Positions 9,990-21,199 of a stretch of DNA of 64,000 nucleotides are shown piece by piece; the first letter of the stretch is position 1, and every line of letters begins with the position of its first letter. Origin of the DNA: Thainema sp. (GTDB lineage: Bacteria > Cyanobacteriota > Cyanobacteriia > Phormidesmidales > Phormidesmidaceae). The notes beneath the pieces are model-generated. The model was not told the origin of the DNA. It was given only the letters and a program-made list of their open reading frames with translations, and searched no databases. The stretch is from NCBI GenBank assembly GCA_052168235.1, contig JBQLZK010000017.1, positions 32,001 to 96,000 on the forward strand, read 5' to 3'. Made by a program: the position numbers and the translations under genes.

Positions 9990-12053
9990 ATGAATAAGCG
10001 CGTTCGGTTTTCACGTTCACTCGGCTGGCTCGGTACTGCGATCTCAACCACTGTCCTCGTCCAGCCCACGGTTATCCATGCCCAACCGTCACCGGGAACC
10101 GTTACACCCGATCAGACAGTAGAATGCGAAATCCTAATTGTGGGCGGTGGCTTGGCCGGATCAGCCGCAGCCTATGAGAGTTTGCTGAAGGGGCGCACCG
10201 TTTGCATGACCGAGCTGACGGACTGGATGGGTGGCCAGATTTCATCTCAGGGGACGTCGGCACTGGACGAAGCTCAGCGCCAGCGGGCGCTACTGTTCTA
10301 TCCCCGTGGCTATAACGAACTGCGGGCACGAATTGAGGACTACTATGGCGAACTCGATCCGGGCGGCTGCTGGGTGAGTGCTACCTGTTTCCTCCCTCGC
10401 GATGCGGCGGAGATTATTCGTGAACAGCTTGAAGAGGCCGAAGATGAGGGCGATGGCGAACTGAAGTGGTTCCCCAGCACGGTGATAAAGGATTTAGAAC
10501 TGAGTGCGGATGGACGGCTGATCGAATCTGCGATCGCAATTCAGCATCAGCCTGCACCGGGTGCGCCGCCGCTCAATACCGAACCTCTGTCGGCGGTGAT
10601 TGAAGATATTTACCAGTATCAGGATTCTGATCGCTTCACCAAGACTATTATTCGCTTCACGTCACCGACGCTTGCTCCCGAGGAAGCGGCGGAACCTCGC
10701 GTAGCGGATTGGTACGTAATTGAAGCCACGGAAACGGGCGAAATCATTGCGCTGGCCGATGTGCCCTATCGACTCGGCCTCGATCCGCGTTCCTATCTCA
10801 ATCCGTCATCCCCTGTCACCGAGCAAGATCCCTACTGCACCCAAGGCTTTACCTACACGTTTGCAATGGAGCGGACGGAAGAACCGCAGCCGCAGCCAGA
10901 ACCGTCCTTCTATGACCAGTATCAGCCCTACTACAGCTACGAGCGCCCACGGGAAACCAACGATTACTTTGACTACGTGTTTACTTATCGCCGGATTGCC
11001 ACACCCGATCCCGACCCGGAGGAGCGGATGTTTGGCGTGGTCGCAACCAGTCCTGGCGATATTTCGATGCAGAACTGGACGTGGGGCAACGACTACCGAC
11101 CCGGTACAGCCGAAGACAATCTGGTCTACAGCCGCGATCAGCTACAGGCAACGGGGCAACTGGAACCCGGTGGCTGGATGGGTGGTCTACGCCCGGAAAC
11201 GCTGCGACGCGGCGAGGAAAATGCCTATGGCTACTACTACTGGCTGGTTGAGGGCACAACGGATTCGCAACTGGGCGACGGCGTGAAAGAGCCAAATCCC
11301 AATCACATTTTCCTCTCTGGCTTTGACGCGCCAATGGGCACCGCGCACGGTCTGTCGAAGTATCCCTATATGCGCGAGGGACGGCGGATTATTGGTCGTC
11401 CGTCCTATGTGTTCCCGTCGGGGTTTGCGGTGAATGAAATTGACATCTCGCGCCAGGATTTCAACAGCGACTACTATCGCAATACGCTGTCGGAAGACAC
11501 CTATCGCTCGCTGCGACTGGCGCTAGCGGGACTACAAACTACACGAGCGATTGAACAGTCGGTGCCAACGGGTGATATTCCAATTCGGACGCGATCGCGG
11601 ATCTATCCCGATGCGGTGGGCATTGCTCAATATGCGATCGATTTCCATCCCTGTATGGAGTTTTCGCCACCGGAAGCCCCTGGCAATATTGAACGGACGG
11701 GCGTTCGGCAGGCGCATGGACAGGCGTATCCGGGTCAAATTCCGCTGCGGGCAATGATTCCGCAGGAGATTGATAACCTAATTGTGGCCAGCAAGAGTAT
11801 CGCCACCAGTACGATTGCAGCGGCAGCCTATCGGGTGCATTCGTTTGAGTGGTCAGTCGGTGCAGCAGCGGGAACTACGGTGGATTATGCGCTGGAGCAA
11901 AATGTGTATCCCTATGAGCTGGTGGATGAGCTACCTCGACAAGAGCCAATGCTGGAAGAGTTGCAGCAGCGCTTAGAAGCCAATGGAAATCCCACTGCAT
12001 TCCCCAACACGTCGATTTTCAACGAAGACTGGGCAGAATGGAGAGTTTGGTAG
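9990..12053 (+). CDS. FAD-dependent oxidoreductase, probably exported
   Basis: Signal-like N-terminus; IVGGGLAG dinucleotide-binding motif; TDWMGGQISSQG and PYMREGRRI. Confidence 0.85.
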   Translation: MNKRVRFSRSLGWLGTAISTTVLVQPTVIHAQPSPGTVTPDQTVECEILIVGGGLAGSAAAYESLLKGRTVCMTELTDWMGGQISSQGTSALDEAQRQRALLFYPRGYNELRARIEDYYGELDPGGCWVSATCFLPRDAAEIIREQLEEAEDEGDGELKWFPSTVIKDLELSADGRLIESAIAIQHQPAPGAPPLNTEPLSAVIEDIYQYQDSDRFTKTIIRFTSPTLAPEEAAEPRVADWYVIEATETGEIIALADVPYRLGLDPRSYLNPSSPVTEQDPYCTQGFTYTFAMERTEEPQPQPEPSFYDQYQPYYSYERPRETNDYFDYVFTYRRIATPDPDPEERMFGVVATSPGDISMQNWTWGNDYRPGTAEDNLVYSRDQLQATGQLEPGGWMGGLRPETLRRGEENAYGYYYWLVEGTTDSQLGDGVKEPNPNHIFLSGFDAPMGTAHGLSKYPYMREGRRIIGRPSYVFPSGFAVNEIDISRQDFNSDYYRNTLSEDTYRSLRLALAGLQTTRAIEQSVPTGDIPIRTRSRIYPDAVGIAQYAIDFHPCMEFSPPEAPGNIERTGVRQAHGQAYPGQIPLRAMIPQEIDNLIVASKSIATSTIAAAAYRVHSFEWSVGAAAGTTVDYALEQNVYPYELVDELPRQEPMLEELQQRLEANGNPTAFPNTSIFNEDWAEWRVW

Positions 12054-12229
12054 CTAAGGGGCCATTTCAAGCTACAACATATTCCGTAAATTAGGGCAAA
12101 CAATATCACTCTCAAGCCGAGAATACCCTAGACCTACTAGCGTATTTGATTAAATCTAAGCGTTATACAAATAATAATGATGGGTACACTAAAAGGCATA
12201 CGAATTATCAAGCAGGGTATGCCAGTTAT

Positions 12230-14047
12230 ATGTCTAAAAAGCCCGACTCTTCATCAAATAAAAAGAGATTCCAAATCCCTAAGCTCAAGAATGGGCTTGT
12301 CATAAAAAGTAAAGGTGCTGTCAAGTTCTTTACCACAAGCTTTGGTGCGACCATTGCATTTCCCTTTATGATTTTCAACGGCCTAACAACCATAGCTGGG
12401 GCAAAATTAATCTTGCCAATAGCAATTGGTTATCCTATTGGGCTGCTACTTTCAGCGACTTATATTATTATAGTTTCTTCTGTACGGGTCAGGGATGAAT
12501 ACCCTTTAAGAAGAATTATTTTGATTTGCATATTCGGTGTTGGTAGCACCTACACCAGTTTCTTTTCTATTTATAATCAAATGTCTGGAGGGCAGCTAGA
12601 ATATCAGTCTGCTGAGAGAACAGTCACTGCCCACAATCGATTTATTGATGATGTTCGTACAACTCTCAATCGACAAATTAATCAAATAGAGTCAGCAGAT
12701 AGCCAATTAGCAGAAGTTAACTATTTAAAGCTGGAACTCAGTGAAATAACACAACAACGAGCAGAGTTTGAGCGTTCGGGTCAGAAGGATTCTGCTGGAG
12801 AGCTTGCCGGAAGAATAATTGATATCAAAGCAAGGCTTGAAATGCTTCGCGAAATCGAAAATTCTTATAGGTACAAATTGTATCAAAGCTTGTTAAGACT
12901 GAGACGTGAAAATGAGTCTCTTTTAGTAAATAGTTTGAGCACGCAATCATTTATTGAATCTAACTCAAGCCCATCCCAAATCTTTGCCGAAGATGAAAGT
13001 CTCTATAAAGATGTACTTATCACTTTAGATGAGGTTAACAAGGAAATTTCTATCAATTTAGGGGAAGATTATCTAAAGCCAAATTATGATAACTATATAA
13101 AAACCCCAATCTTCTTAGTTCCAATTGAAGCAGCAACTGAAGGTGGCAGACAGCTAAGTTTTATCTTCTTTGCCGTGATGATAGCGATCATCATGGAGAT
13201 TATACCTATTGCTATAAGCGGAATTCATTTATCTTCGGAAGACGAGTCTAAAAAGTGGACAGAAGATAATTTAGATTCCGATCAAGCTGAGTTAGAGGAG
13301 AAGCCCATTACTGAAAGAGACAAAGGCTCTGACCAAATTAAACAGTATAAGACTACTATTAATCAAATTTCTAGTGTGGTTAGCTCATTTGTTTACGATT
13401 TCAAAAAAGCGTGGCTAGAAATTTACAATTCTATTACTCAAGGTGTTGGGACAACAGATAATGTCCGGAACATGTATGCGTATAAGTTACTTAGGGCGAT
13501 GTTGTCTGTTAGGTTGAATCCGAATGAAAGATACAAATTTTTAATTCTTTTTTATGCAAGTATTGATCGTAGTAACAGAGAAATATCTTTAATAAAGTTT
13601 CCTCATGGTGAAGACTTATATCGTGATCAAGATTCTAGATTCAGAATAGCAGCTTCTTTAATGCTAGATATCATGCAAGATAAAAGAATTGGATGGCTTA
13701 AGAAGAATGGTTCAGATAAATATGTAAAAAGCGATGACTCGAAATATGATATTCCAGTAGAAGAACCTTCTTTGTTTGATGTGCCTGTAGTAGATATACT
13801 AAAAGCTTTTGTGGCAGAGAAAAGTTTATCAGAGCATCATGGATCTACAGATATGGATCTTAAAGAAAAGAATGAGATCCCAGAAATGCCCAAGTGGAAA
13901 TTCACAGATGAAACTGCTTATCAAGATTTTTTGGATTGGTGGTTTGACATGCAATGTGGGCCAAAAAGTGTTGAACAAAATTCCGAACGACTTCATGCTC
14001 AATTAGAGCTTGAAATAAATCATGCTGTTGAAAATCATTATGGCTAA
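12230..14047 (+). CDS. Hypothetical membrane protein with coiled-coil region (AT-rich)
   Basis: Long ORF; about 3 N-terminal hydrophobic segments, a heptad-like region and a further TM (SFIFFAVMIAIIMEIIP); no recognised family. Confidence 0.7.
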   Translation: MSKKPDSSSNKKRFQIPKLKNGLVIKSKGAVKFFTTSFGATIAFPFMIFNGLTTIAGAKLILPIAIGYPIGLLLSATYIIIVSSVRVRDEYPLRRIILICIFGVGSTYTSFFSIYNQMSGGQLEYQSAERTVTAHNRFIDDVRTTLNRQINQIESADSQLAEVNYLKLELSEITQQRAEFERSGQKDSAGELAGRIIDIKARLEMLREIENSYRYKLYQSLLRLRRENESLLVNSLSTQSFIESNSSPSQIFAEDESLYKDVLITLDEVNKEISINLGEDYLKPNYDNYIKTPIFLVPIEAATEGGRQLSFIFFAVMIAIIMEIIPIAISGIHLSSEDESKKWTEDNLDSDQAELEEKPITERDKGSDQIKQYKTTINQISSVVSSFVYDFKKAWLEIYNSITQGVGTTDNVRNMYAYKLLRAMLSVRLNPNERYKFLILFYASIDRSNREISLIKFPHGEDLYRDQDSRFRIAASLMLDIMQDKRIGWLKKNGSDKYVKSDDSKYDIPVEEPSLFDVPVVDILKAFVAEKSLSEHHGSTDMDLKEKNEIPEMPKWKFTDETAYQDFLDWWFDMQCGPKSVEQNSERLHAQLELEINHAVENHYG

Positions 14048-14132
14048 GTACTGTTAGGGCTAACATGTCTTTTACTGGAGTTTTCTTTGCTTACAATCAA
14101 AGCAAGCGCTGCCATCTGTTGAGGTCTGTCCT

Positions 14133-14444
14133 GTGAGTATTAGCTTGGATTTACCCGAAGAACTCGAAACCGAGCTATCCCAAGAAGCCGCTCGGCTCAA
14201 CATGCCCTTAGCAGAATATATTTTACGCATCCTCACCGTTCGACCTCCATTGCAAAATCCGCCGAAAAATGGAGCAGAGCTTGTCGCCTACTGGGAAAAG
14301 GTCGGTGTGATTGGCTCCCGTCCGGATATTGAGATTGCTAAAGATAACCCCTGGCAACCCTTATTCGAGAGCTTAGATCAGTTCTCTGATGATTTTATGG
14401 TGACCAGAGAACAGCCACCGCTGGATATTCGAGAGGCTTTCTAG
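14133..14444 (+). CDS. VapB-like antitoxin, apparently chimeric
   Basis: C-terminal PWQPLFESLDQFSDDFM..REQP resembles the VapB toxin-binding tail; stop codon abuts the vapC ATG. Confidence 0.7.
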   Translation: MSISLDLPEELETELSQEAARLNMPLAEYILRILTVRPPLQNPPKNGAELVAYWEKVGVIGSRPDIEIAKDNPWQPLFESLDQFSDDFMVTREQPPLDIREAF

Positions 14445-14846
14445 ATGCAGTATTTGCTTGACACTAATATCTGCATTTACCTGATCAAGCAAAAACCTCT
14501 CAAAGTACTAGCACACTTCCAAAGTCTTGTACCTTCAGATGTTGGCGTTTTCTCAATTACCGTAGCGGAATTAGAATATGGCGTTTGCAAAAGCCAACAG
14601 CAAGAGAAAAACCGTAATGCTCTGATGCAGTTTTTAATTCCCCTCGAAATTGTTGAGTTTGATCAATCTGCTGCAACCATTTACGGCTTTATTAGAAGTG
14701 ATCTCGAAAGTAGAGGTTTAGTCATTGGTTCAATGGATATGCTGATAGCAGCTCACGCCTTGAGCCTTGGCGTTACACTTGTCAGCAATAACATTCGAGA
14801 ATTTTCGCGTATCGCCAATCTGACCTTAGAAAACTGGGCAGCATGA
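14445..14846 (+). CDS. vapC: VapC PIN-domain toxin
   Basis: YLLDTNICI, SITVAELEYG, IGSMDMLIAAHA and LVSNNIREF PIN motifs. Confidence 0.93.
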   Translation: MQYLLDTNICIYLIKQKPLKVLAHFQSLVPSDVGVFSITVAELEYGVCKSQQQEKNRNALMQFLIPLEIVEFDQSAATIYGFIRSDLESRGLVIGSMDMLIAAHALSLGVTLVSNNIREFSRIANLTLENWAA

Positions 14847-15089
14847 CATGCTGAATACTTTGCTCTGTGATGAATGAAGTGCGATCGCAATTCGCAGATA
14901 ACGCTTTAACAGATTGATGGGATGGAAAGGGCAATCAGGAAGAGCGCGATCGCACTGTCCCCTCACGCGACAGGACTGATTGAAAACTGCGATCGCACTT
15001 GCAAATTTTGAACAGCGAATGTGAGATCTCTTATCTCACCAGGATCGGGAACTCTAAAAGCAACAATGTAGTTTGGAGTGGGAAGCGAC

Positions 15090-15644
15090 ATGCCTGATAT
15101 CAGCTTGGATATTGTAGAGTGGGTCGCAGCTAGTCAACTCCTCATCATTGTCATTTTTGGTTTTTTCTACAGCACGTTTGTTTGGTTAAGACATCGTAAT
15201 TCTCCATATCTTCGCCTTTTTAAACAAGGCGATTATATTTCGGGCATTATTGATGATCCCAATGTCATATTCGAATCACCTCCGAAGTGGTTCCGATTTG
15301 TTATTGTCCAATATGAAACTGATGGTCAAGTTAGCAGTGAATCTTTTTACACGATTCTTGGTGATGTGATAGAAATCAAGTTTTCAGAAGGACAGTACTC
15401 CGGTATGGAGGGATATCCATATTCAAACACTGTTTTTGTAGTGGTGGGAATAACTAGTGTAGGTCTGATCTTTCTTTCCAGTTTTTTGACTTCACCAGGT
15501 TTAGCACCATTAGTAGGAGATCAAAGCGTGATAGCACAACAATTAGCTCAAGTAGGAAGAGTGCTATTTTTCTCTGTCTTTCTTTCAGCACCAATCAAGA
15601 TGATCTTTGATTTTGCGAACTATGCAAATTTTTCGATAAAATAG
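15090..15644 (+). CDS. Hypothetical membrane protein
   Basis: AT-rich ORF with three hydrophobic segments. Confidence 0.55.
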   Translation: MPDISLDIVEWVAASQLLIIVIFGFFYSTFVWLRHRNSPYLRLFKQGDYISGIIDDPNVIFESPPKWFRFVIVQYETDGQVSSESFYTILGDVIEIKFSEGQYSGMEGYPYSNTVFVVVGITSVGLIFLSSFLTSPGLAPLVGDQSVIAQQLAQVGRVLFFSVFLSAPIKMIFDFANYANFSIK

Positions 15645-15725
15645 TAAGATTTTAATTAGTATTTGTGTGCGATTTTCGATTTTTGGCATAAACTCTCCTA
15701 TGTAAAGCTTGAATCGCGTTTAATC

Positions 15726-16223
15726 ATGAAAGGTGAAGTTCTAATCGCGTTTGGCAAAGCAAGATTTTTGGGTAAAGAAGTTGATGATAAAGACCTACCT
15801 AATCAAGCTACAACGATTGAGGTAAGGTCTAATTTCAACGGACTCACCAGTGATGCTTGGAGATGGCCTACTAATCCTAAGATGGAATTTGCGGATCACC
15901 TAGGCAATCAACCTGAAGGGATATATAGAGTCTTTGGCAAAAGATTGTATCAAAATATTTGCCGTGAATACTTATGCGATTTAATTTTAGGCACCAAACT
16001 TAAAAACGTTTGGTTTTTCCCGAATGAGTTTAAGGACGCTCCGCTATTTGAGCTATTTTATTGTTCTAATGTGGGTCAATGGATTGGTTCTAGAGTAAGC
16101 AGAAAGCTACTTCAGGATATACATATATATGCACCAGTAATTGATGATGATTTGCAATACTTGCAGAAAGTTTTTACCGTAGGTGCAGACTCAGGATTTA
16201 TTTATCTGTCTGATGAGCATTAA
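15726..16223 (+). CDS. Hypothetical protein
   Basis: ORF with a PLFEL..S..G.WIG.RVS.KL..D...F..GADSGF pattern; function unknown. Confidence 0.6.
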   Translation: MKGEVLIAFGKARFLGKEVDDKDLPNQATTIEVRSNFNGLTSDAWRWPTNPKMEFADHLGNQPEGIYRVFGKRLYQNICREYLCDLILGTKLKNVWFFPNEFKDAPLFELFYCSNVGQWIGSRVSRKLLQDIHIYAPVIDDDLQYLQKVFTVGADSGFIYLSDEH

Positions 16224-16294
16224 CACAAGATTCAACTATCTTTTGAACGTAAGTCTATTGAGGCTAAAGATATTGAAATTCTATTGTCAAAATT

Positions 16295-16864
16295 CTATCG
16301 TCTTAGCAGTCGTCTTATTGCGATCGCAACATCTGGAAAAGCTAAAGGACAAATTTCATCATCAATCAAAGTGCACTTTTCTCGATAGTTATCATCACTT
16401 GGATCTCGAAAAACCACGAGTTCCATTCGCTTTAGATTAATTACCCAATACTCCAAAATGCCTGCTTGAGCATAGATTTTAGGTTTAACTTCTAGATCTT
16501 TTGCAAGGCTAGAATGTGAATATTCAACCAGCCAAAAAATATTTTCAGGATAGGGATGATGCTCCAGATAGACATCTCCTAAATCGTGAACCACGGCAAT
16601 ATCCGGTTCCGGTTCCGATTGATTGGGCAGAGTAATTGGCTTACTTTCGCGAACTTTGGCCCGACCGTGCAATAACTCACGAAAATAATCAGCCGCATCG
16701 CTGCTTAAATGAGCGTGGGGTTCGCCTTCGGGGGACATTTCAACAATTTCTCCATTCAGCAACTCCACATGGCGATCATCCAAGATACCCGCCTTGATCA
16801 TTTGATGATAGTCATCAAGCGACCATTTGCTGACAACAATGGCTGAGGAATTGGGTCGATTCAT
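16295..16864 (-). CDS. Uma2-family (DUF820) endonuclease-like protein
   Basis: VELLNGEIVEMSP, SEPEPDIAVV and YAQAGILEYWVINL motifs. Confidence 0.92.
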   Translation of the reverse strand: MNRPNSSAIVVSKWSLDDYHQMIKAGILDDRHVELLNGEIVEMSPEGEPHAHLSSDAADYFRELLHGRAKVRESKPITLPNQSEPEPDIAVVHDLGDVYLEHHPYPENIFWLVEYSHSSLAKDLEVKPKIYAQAGILEYWVINLKRMELVVFRDPSDDNYREKCTLIDDEICPLAFPDVAIAIRRLLRR

Positions 16865-17182
16865 CAGAAATTCCTCTACTGCACGAATGATTTGACTCTA
16901 TTCTAAAAAGTTTTGGCTAACCCCAGCATCGGGAATTGTGATAGTTGGCCAAATGAGGAGGTGAGGAAGTGCAATAGAGTGCGATCGCACTTTCTTATAC
17001 ATTCCCGCTTGTCAGACAAAGGATTTTCGCGAAAGATTAGCTACAGAACACAGATCGCTAATATGGTTTTATTGTCAGGTTAGGGGCACAAGCCATCCGT
17101 AGCCCAGAGCATACGCCGCTGGTGCCGTGGCTGCCGTAGACTGTTTTCTGTTGGAACTAGGGAATAACGAGAGAGAACTGCC

Positions 17183-19867
17183 GTGAGTAACAGTTTTAAC
17201 GCTAAAAAAACGCTGTCTGTCAACGGGAAAGACTATCAGATTTACAGTCTGCCCAACGCGGCTGAGAAATTAGGCGATATCAGTCGCTTGCCATATAGCC
17301 TGAAAGTTTTGCTAGAGAACCTGCTGCGCAACGAAGACGGTCGCACCGTATCTGCTGATGATGTCCAGGCCGTTGCCGACTGGCTGAAGACCCAATCGTC
17401 CACCCGTGAGATTGCCTATCGGCCTGCGCGAGTGCTGATGCAGGACTTCACGGGTGTTCCAGCCGTGGTAGATTTGGCGGCGATGCGGGATGCCATTGTC
17501 AATTTAGGTGGCGATCCGAAGAAGATTAATCCTCTTTCGCCCGTAGACTTGGTGATTGACCACTCGGTGATGGTGGATTCTTTCGGTTCCGCCAACGCGT
17601 TCTTAGAGAACGTTAAATATGAGTTTCAGCGCAACAAGGAACGCTACGCCTTTCTGCGCTGGGGTCAAAATGCGTTTGACAACTTCCGCGTGGTGCCACC
17701 GGGAACCGGAATTTGCCACCAGGTCAACTTGGAGTACTTGGCTCAGGTGGTTTGGACAAAAGAGCAAAACGGCGAAACCGTTGCCTATCCTGATACGCTG
17801 GTGGGCACCGACAGCCACACGACGATGATTAATGGTTTGTCCGTCCTCGGCTGGGGCGTCGGCGGGATTGAAGCGGAAGCGGCGATGCTGGGACAGCCGA
17901 TTTCCATGCTGATTCCGGAAGTGGTGGGCTTTAAGCTGACGGGTCAACTGCCGGAAGGGGCGACTGCAACCGACTTGGTACTGACCGTCACCCAAATGCT
18001 GCGGCAGAAGGGCGTTGTCGGCAAGTTCGTTGAATTCTATGGCCCTGGCTTGTCTCACCTGACCCTGGCCGATCGCGCCACCATCAGCAACATGGCTCCA
18101 GAATATGGCGCAACCTGCGGCTTCTTCCCGATTGATGACGAGACGATTACCTATCTGAAGTTCACGGGTCGGGATGCCGATCGGATTGCTCTGGTTGAAG
18201 CCTATGCTAAAGAGCAGGGTATGTGGCGCTATGACGATACGCCCGATCCAATCTTTACCGATTCCCTAGAGCTGGATCTCTCGACTGTTGAGCCTTCCCT
18301 AGCTGGGCCAAAGCGTCCCCAGGATCGAGTCCTTTTGTCGAATGTAGCCGCTCAGTTCAAGGAGAGCGACTTTCCGACGTTCAGTAACCTGTCCTACGAC
18401 CAACAGCGGTCAGTGGCAGTGGCAGGGACAGATTATGAACTGAGCGATGGCGATGTGGTGATTGCGGCGATCACAAGCTGCACAAACACCTCCAATCCTT
18501 CCGTCATGATTGGCGCGGGTCTGGTTGCTCGCAAAGCGCTAGAAAAAGGCTTGACCGTGAAGCCCTGGGTGAAAACCTCTCTCGCTCCCGGTAGTCAGGT
18601 AGTTTCGGATTATCTAGAGCGGGCAGGTCTGCAAACCGATTTGGATCAACTGGGCTTTAACCTGGTTGGCTACGGCTGCACTACCTGTATTGGTAACTCT
18701 GGGCCATTACCTGAGCCAATTGCCAAAGCGATTGACGAAAAAGATCTGGTGGTTGGCGCGGTTCTCTCTGGCAACCGCAACTTCGAAGGTCGGGTTAGTC
18801 CGCAGACCAAGTGTAACTATCTGGCCTCGCCACCGCTGGTCGTTGCATATGCGATCGCAGGTAACCTATCCATTGACCTTAAAACCGAACCTATTGGCCA
18901 CGACAAAGACGGCAATCCGGTTTACCTGAAGGACATTTGGCCGACGACAGCAGAGATCAAGGCGGTGATTGAAGAAGCGCTGACGCCGGAAATGTACCAA
19001 AGCCGCTACGGCAATGTGTTCAGCGGTAACGAAGAGTGGCGCAGCATCGACACGGTTGATAGCCAAACCTACGCTTGGAAATCCGACAGTACCTACGTTC
19101 AGAATCCGCCGTTCTTTGAAGGGATGGCCGCAGAGGTCAATGGTGGTGGCTTTGCCGAGATTAAGAATGCTCGTCCGCTGGCGATTCTGGGCGACAGCAT
19201 CACCACCGACCACATTTCTCCGGCAGGCGCAATTAAGTCTGATAGTCCAGCAGGTAGCTATCTCACTGACAATAACGTGGTGCCGCTCGACTTCAACTCC
19301 TACGGTTCCCGTCGCGGCAACCACGAGGTGATGATGCGCGGCACCTTTGCCAACATTCGCCTGAAAAATGAGATGGTGCCCGGTTCCTCCGGTGGCGTAA
19401 CTAAGTACATGCCTGCGGGTGAAGAAATGTCGATTTACGATGCGGCGATGAAGTACGTGGCCGAAGCTACACCGCTAGTCGTGATTGCAGGCAAGGAATA
19501 CGGTACAGGTTCCTCCCGTGACTGGGCGGCAAAAGGGACTCGTCTGCTGGGTGTAAAAGCGGTTGTGGCCGAGAGCTATGAGCGGATTCACCGTTCCAAC
19601 CTAATCGGCATGGGCGTTCTACCGCTCCAGTTTCAGGCGGGTACTAATCGCCAAACGCTGGGGCTAGACGGCACAGAAACGTTTGACATCACCGGCATCA
19701 GTGGCGGCATCAAGCCCGGCATGACCGTGACGATGACGGTTCACGCGGCAGATGGTTCAACCCAAAACGTAGAGCTACTCTGTCGGATCGATACCGAAGA
19801 CGAAGTGGAATACTACCGCAACGGCGGCATTCTTCATTACGTTCTGCGCCAGTTAGCTACGGCATAG
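17183..19867 (+). CDS. acnA: Aconitate hydratase A
   Basis: [52 protein letters not shown] and [13 protein letters not shown] motifs. Confidence 0.97.
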   Translation: MSNSFNAKKTLSVNGKDYQIYSLPNAAEKLGDISRLPYSLKVLLENLLRNEDGRTVSADDVQAVADWLKTQSSTREIAYRPARVLMQDFTGVPAVVDLAAMRDAIVNLGGDPKKINPLSPVDLVIDHSVMVDSFGSANAFLENVKYEFQRNKERYAFLRWGQNAFDNFRVVPPGTGICHQVNLEYLAQVVWTKEQNGETVAYPDTLVGTDSHTTMINGLSVLGWGVGGIEAEAAMLGQPISMLIPEVVGFKLTGQLPEGATATDLVLTVTQMLRQKGVVGKFVEFYGPGLSHLTLADRATISNMAPEYGATCGFFPIDDETITYLKFTGRDADRIALVEAYAKEQGMWRYDDTPDPIFTDSLELDLSTVEPSLAGPKRPQDRVLLSNVAAQFKESDFPTFSNLSYDQQRSVAVAGTDYELSDGDVVIAAITSCTNTSNPSVMIGAGLVARKALEKGLTVKPWVKTSLAPGSQVVSDYLERAGLQTDLDQLGFNLVGYGCTTCIGNSGPLPEPIAKAIDEKDLVVGAVLSGNRNFEGRVSPQTKCNYLASPPLVVAYAIAGNLSIDLKTEPIGHDKDGNPVYLKDIWPTTAEIKAVIEEALTPEMYQSRYGNVFSGNEEWRSIDTVDSQTYAWKSDSTYVQNPPFFEGMAAEVNGGGFAEIKNARPLAILGDSITTDHISPAGAIKSDSPAGSYLTDNNVVPLDFNSYGSRRGNHEVMMRGTFANIRLKNEMVPGSSGGVTKYMPAGEEMSIYDAAMKYVAEATPLVVIAGKEYGTGSSRDWAAKGTRLLGVKAVVAESYERIHRSNLIGMGVLPLQFQAGTNRQTLGLDGTETFDITGISGGIKPGMTVTMTVHAADGSTQNVELLCRIDTEDEVEYYRNGGILHYVLRQLATA

Positions 19868-19913
19868 CAACCAACATCAACTCCAATTCCATAGCGGATA
19901 AGCTAGCGTAAAC

Positions 19914-19943
19914 GCAAAAAGCGCCCCAATGGGCGCTTTTTGC
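19914..19943. terminator. Bidirectional intrinsic terminator
   Basis: gcaaaaagcgccc-caat-gggcgctttttgc between convergent genes. Confidence 0.85.
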
Positions 19944-19968
19944 ATTATTCAGCAACCTGGTAATCAGA

Positions 19969-20454
19969 CTAACGAAGCACGTTGGCGGCTTCCTCTAGCC
20001 CCAAGTCAAAGGTGATTTCGTGGATGCCAGGAATTTCTTTGATGTCATCCACCACATTACGGGCAACCTCTTTATTCTCCACGGTACCGGAGATGCGAAC
20101 CGATCCGTTGGATACTGCAACCGCTAAGTCATCGCGCACGTCCTTAATGCGGCTCTTCAATGTTTCGTCAGAGATAGTTCTACCACCCAACTGATCATTG
20201 GCATATTCAATGCCGCTGTATTGGCTACCCGGAGAGGTTTCCTTCAGTTGTTCTTGTGGAACCGCAGGATTTTCAACAATACCCTTGTCAGATGCAGCCT
20301 GAGCCGCGATCGCAGGAGTACTGCTCAATCCCAATAGGCCAATCGCAAGTGCCAATGCGATCACGGTATCCTTGAGGCGCGATCGCAGAAGGCCAACTGT
20401 CCAAAATGCAGCAAGGGCAATAAGACTGACTATTAAAACAGTATCAAAGTTCAT
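19969..20454 (-). CDS. BON-domain protein
   Basis: Hydrophobic N-terminus; SDETL..IK...VAVSNGSVRISGTV...IPGIHEI BON pattern. Confidence 0.8.
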   Translation of the reverse strand: MNFDTVLIVSLIALAAFWTVGLLRSRLKDTVIALALAIGLLGLSSTPAIAAQAASDKGIVENPAVPQEQLKETSPGSQYSGIEYANDQLGGRTISDETLKSRIKDVRDDLAVAVSNGSVRISGTVENKEVARNVVDDIKEIPGIHEITFDLGLEEAANVLR

Positions 20455-21199
20455 AAGTTAGGATTTCCTTTTTCGAATCAATGTTTAGCAATATGCGTTA
20501 ATAGATGCAACAAACAAACTGCTGATTTAGTTTGTCTGCTGAGATGCAAATTGCTCGACTTCTGGTCAATGTGAAACAACACAAAATCGCGCAATGTCTA
20601 TTTGCAAATCCATGCGTACGTATGGATTTAGAATGCTTCATAAAAGTAGCAGTATAAAAACAAGCAGTATTGCTAACTCATTACTGACGAACCTAAACTC
20701 GTGTCGAATCAAAGCTCGCGCATGTACATCATAGATTGCGCTATATTTTGCTGTCTTCAAACTAAAAGTCCAGCTTTAAGAGTAGGGAATAAATGCAATT
20801 TACGAATCCCACTGTAGGCTCAGTCTTGATCCCGAACCTGATCCCAACCCGTTCTAGCGACATAGTTCATCAGATAGAGCAAAAAGATGTACTAGGTGCT
20901 GCACATTACATTATGCATATTGGATGACCTAATTTGGTTCAGATTTCATCTCTTGAGTTAATTTATAAATAGTTAATCGCTGCAAATATAGAAGTACATT
21001 TGAAAACCGCTGCAAAGGGATGAATTAAAGGTATAAATTTGATCCTTGCATTCTGCACTTCAATCAAATTTGCATTAGTACAAGACAGCTAAAAAACTTA
21101 ACAATAAGTGAGTCAAAAACTTGACGCCTCAACTTAATTAATTCCTGGAAAGTAGGCGGTTGATCTGTTTTTCCATGTATTTATCAACCTGTATCAGCC

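Noticed and set aside
14050..14910. attC-like GTTAGGG/CTAAC and GATAAC motifs flanking vapBC (integron cassette idea)
   Set aside because: No paired R''/R' boxes with an intervening palindrome and no integrase
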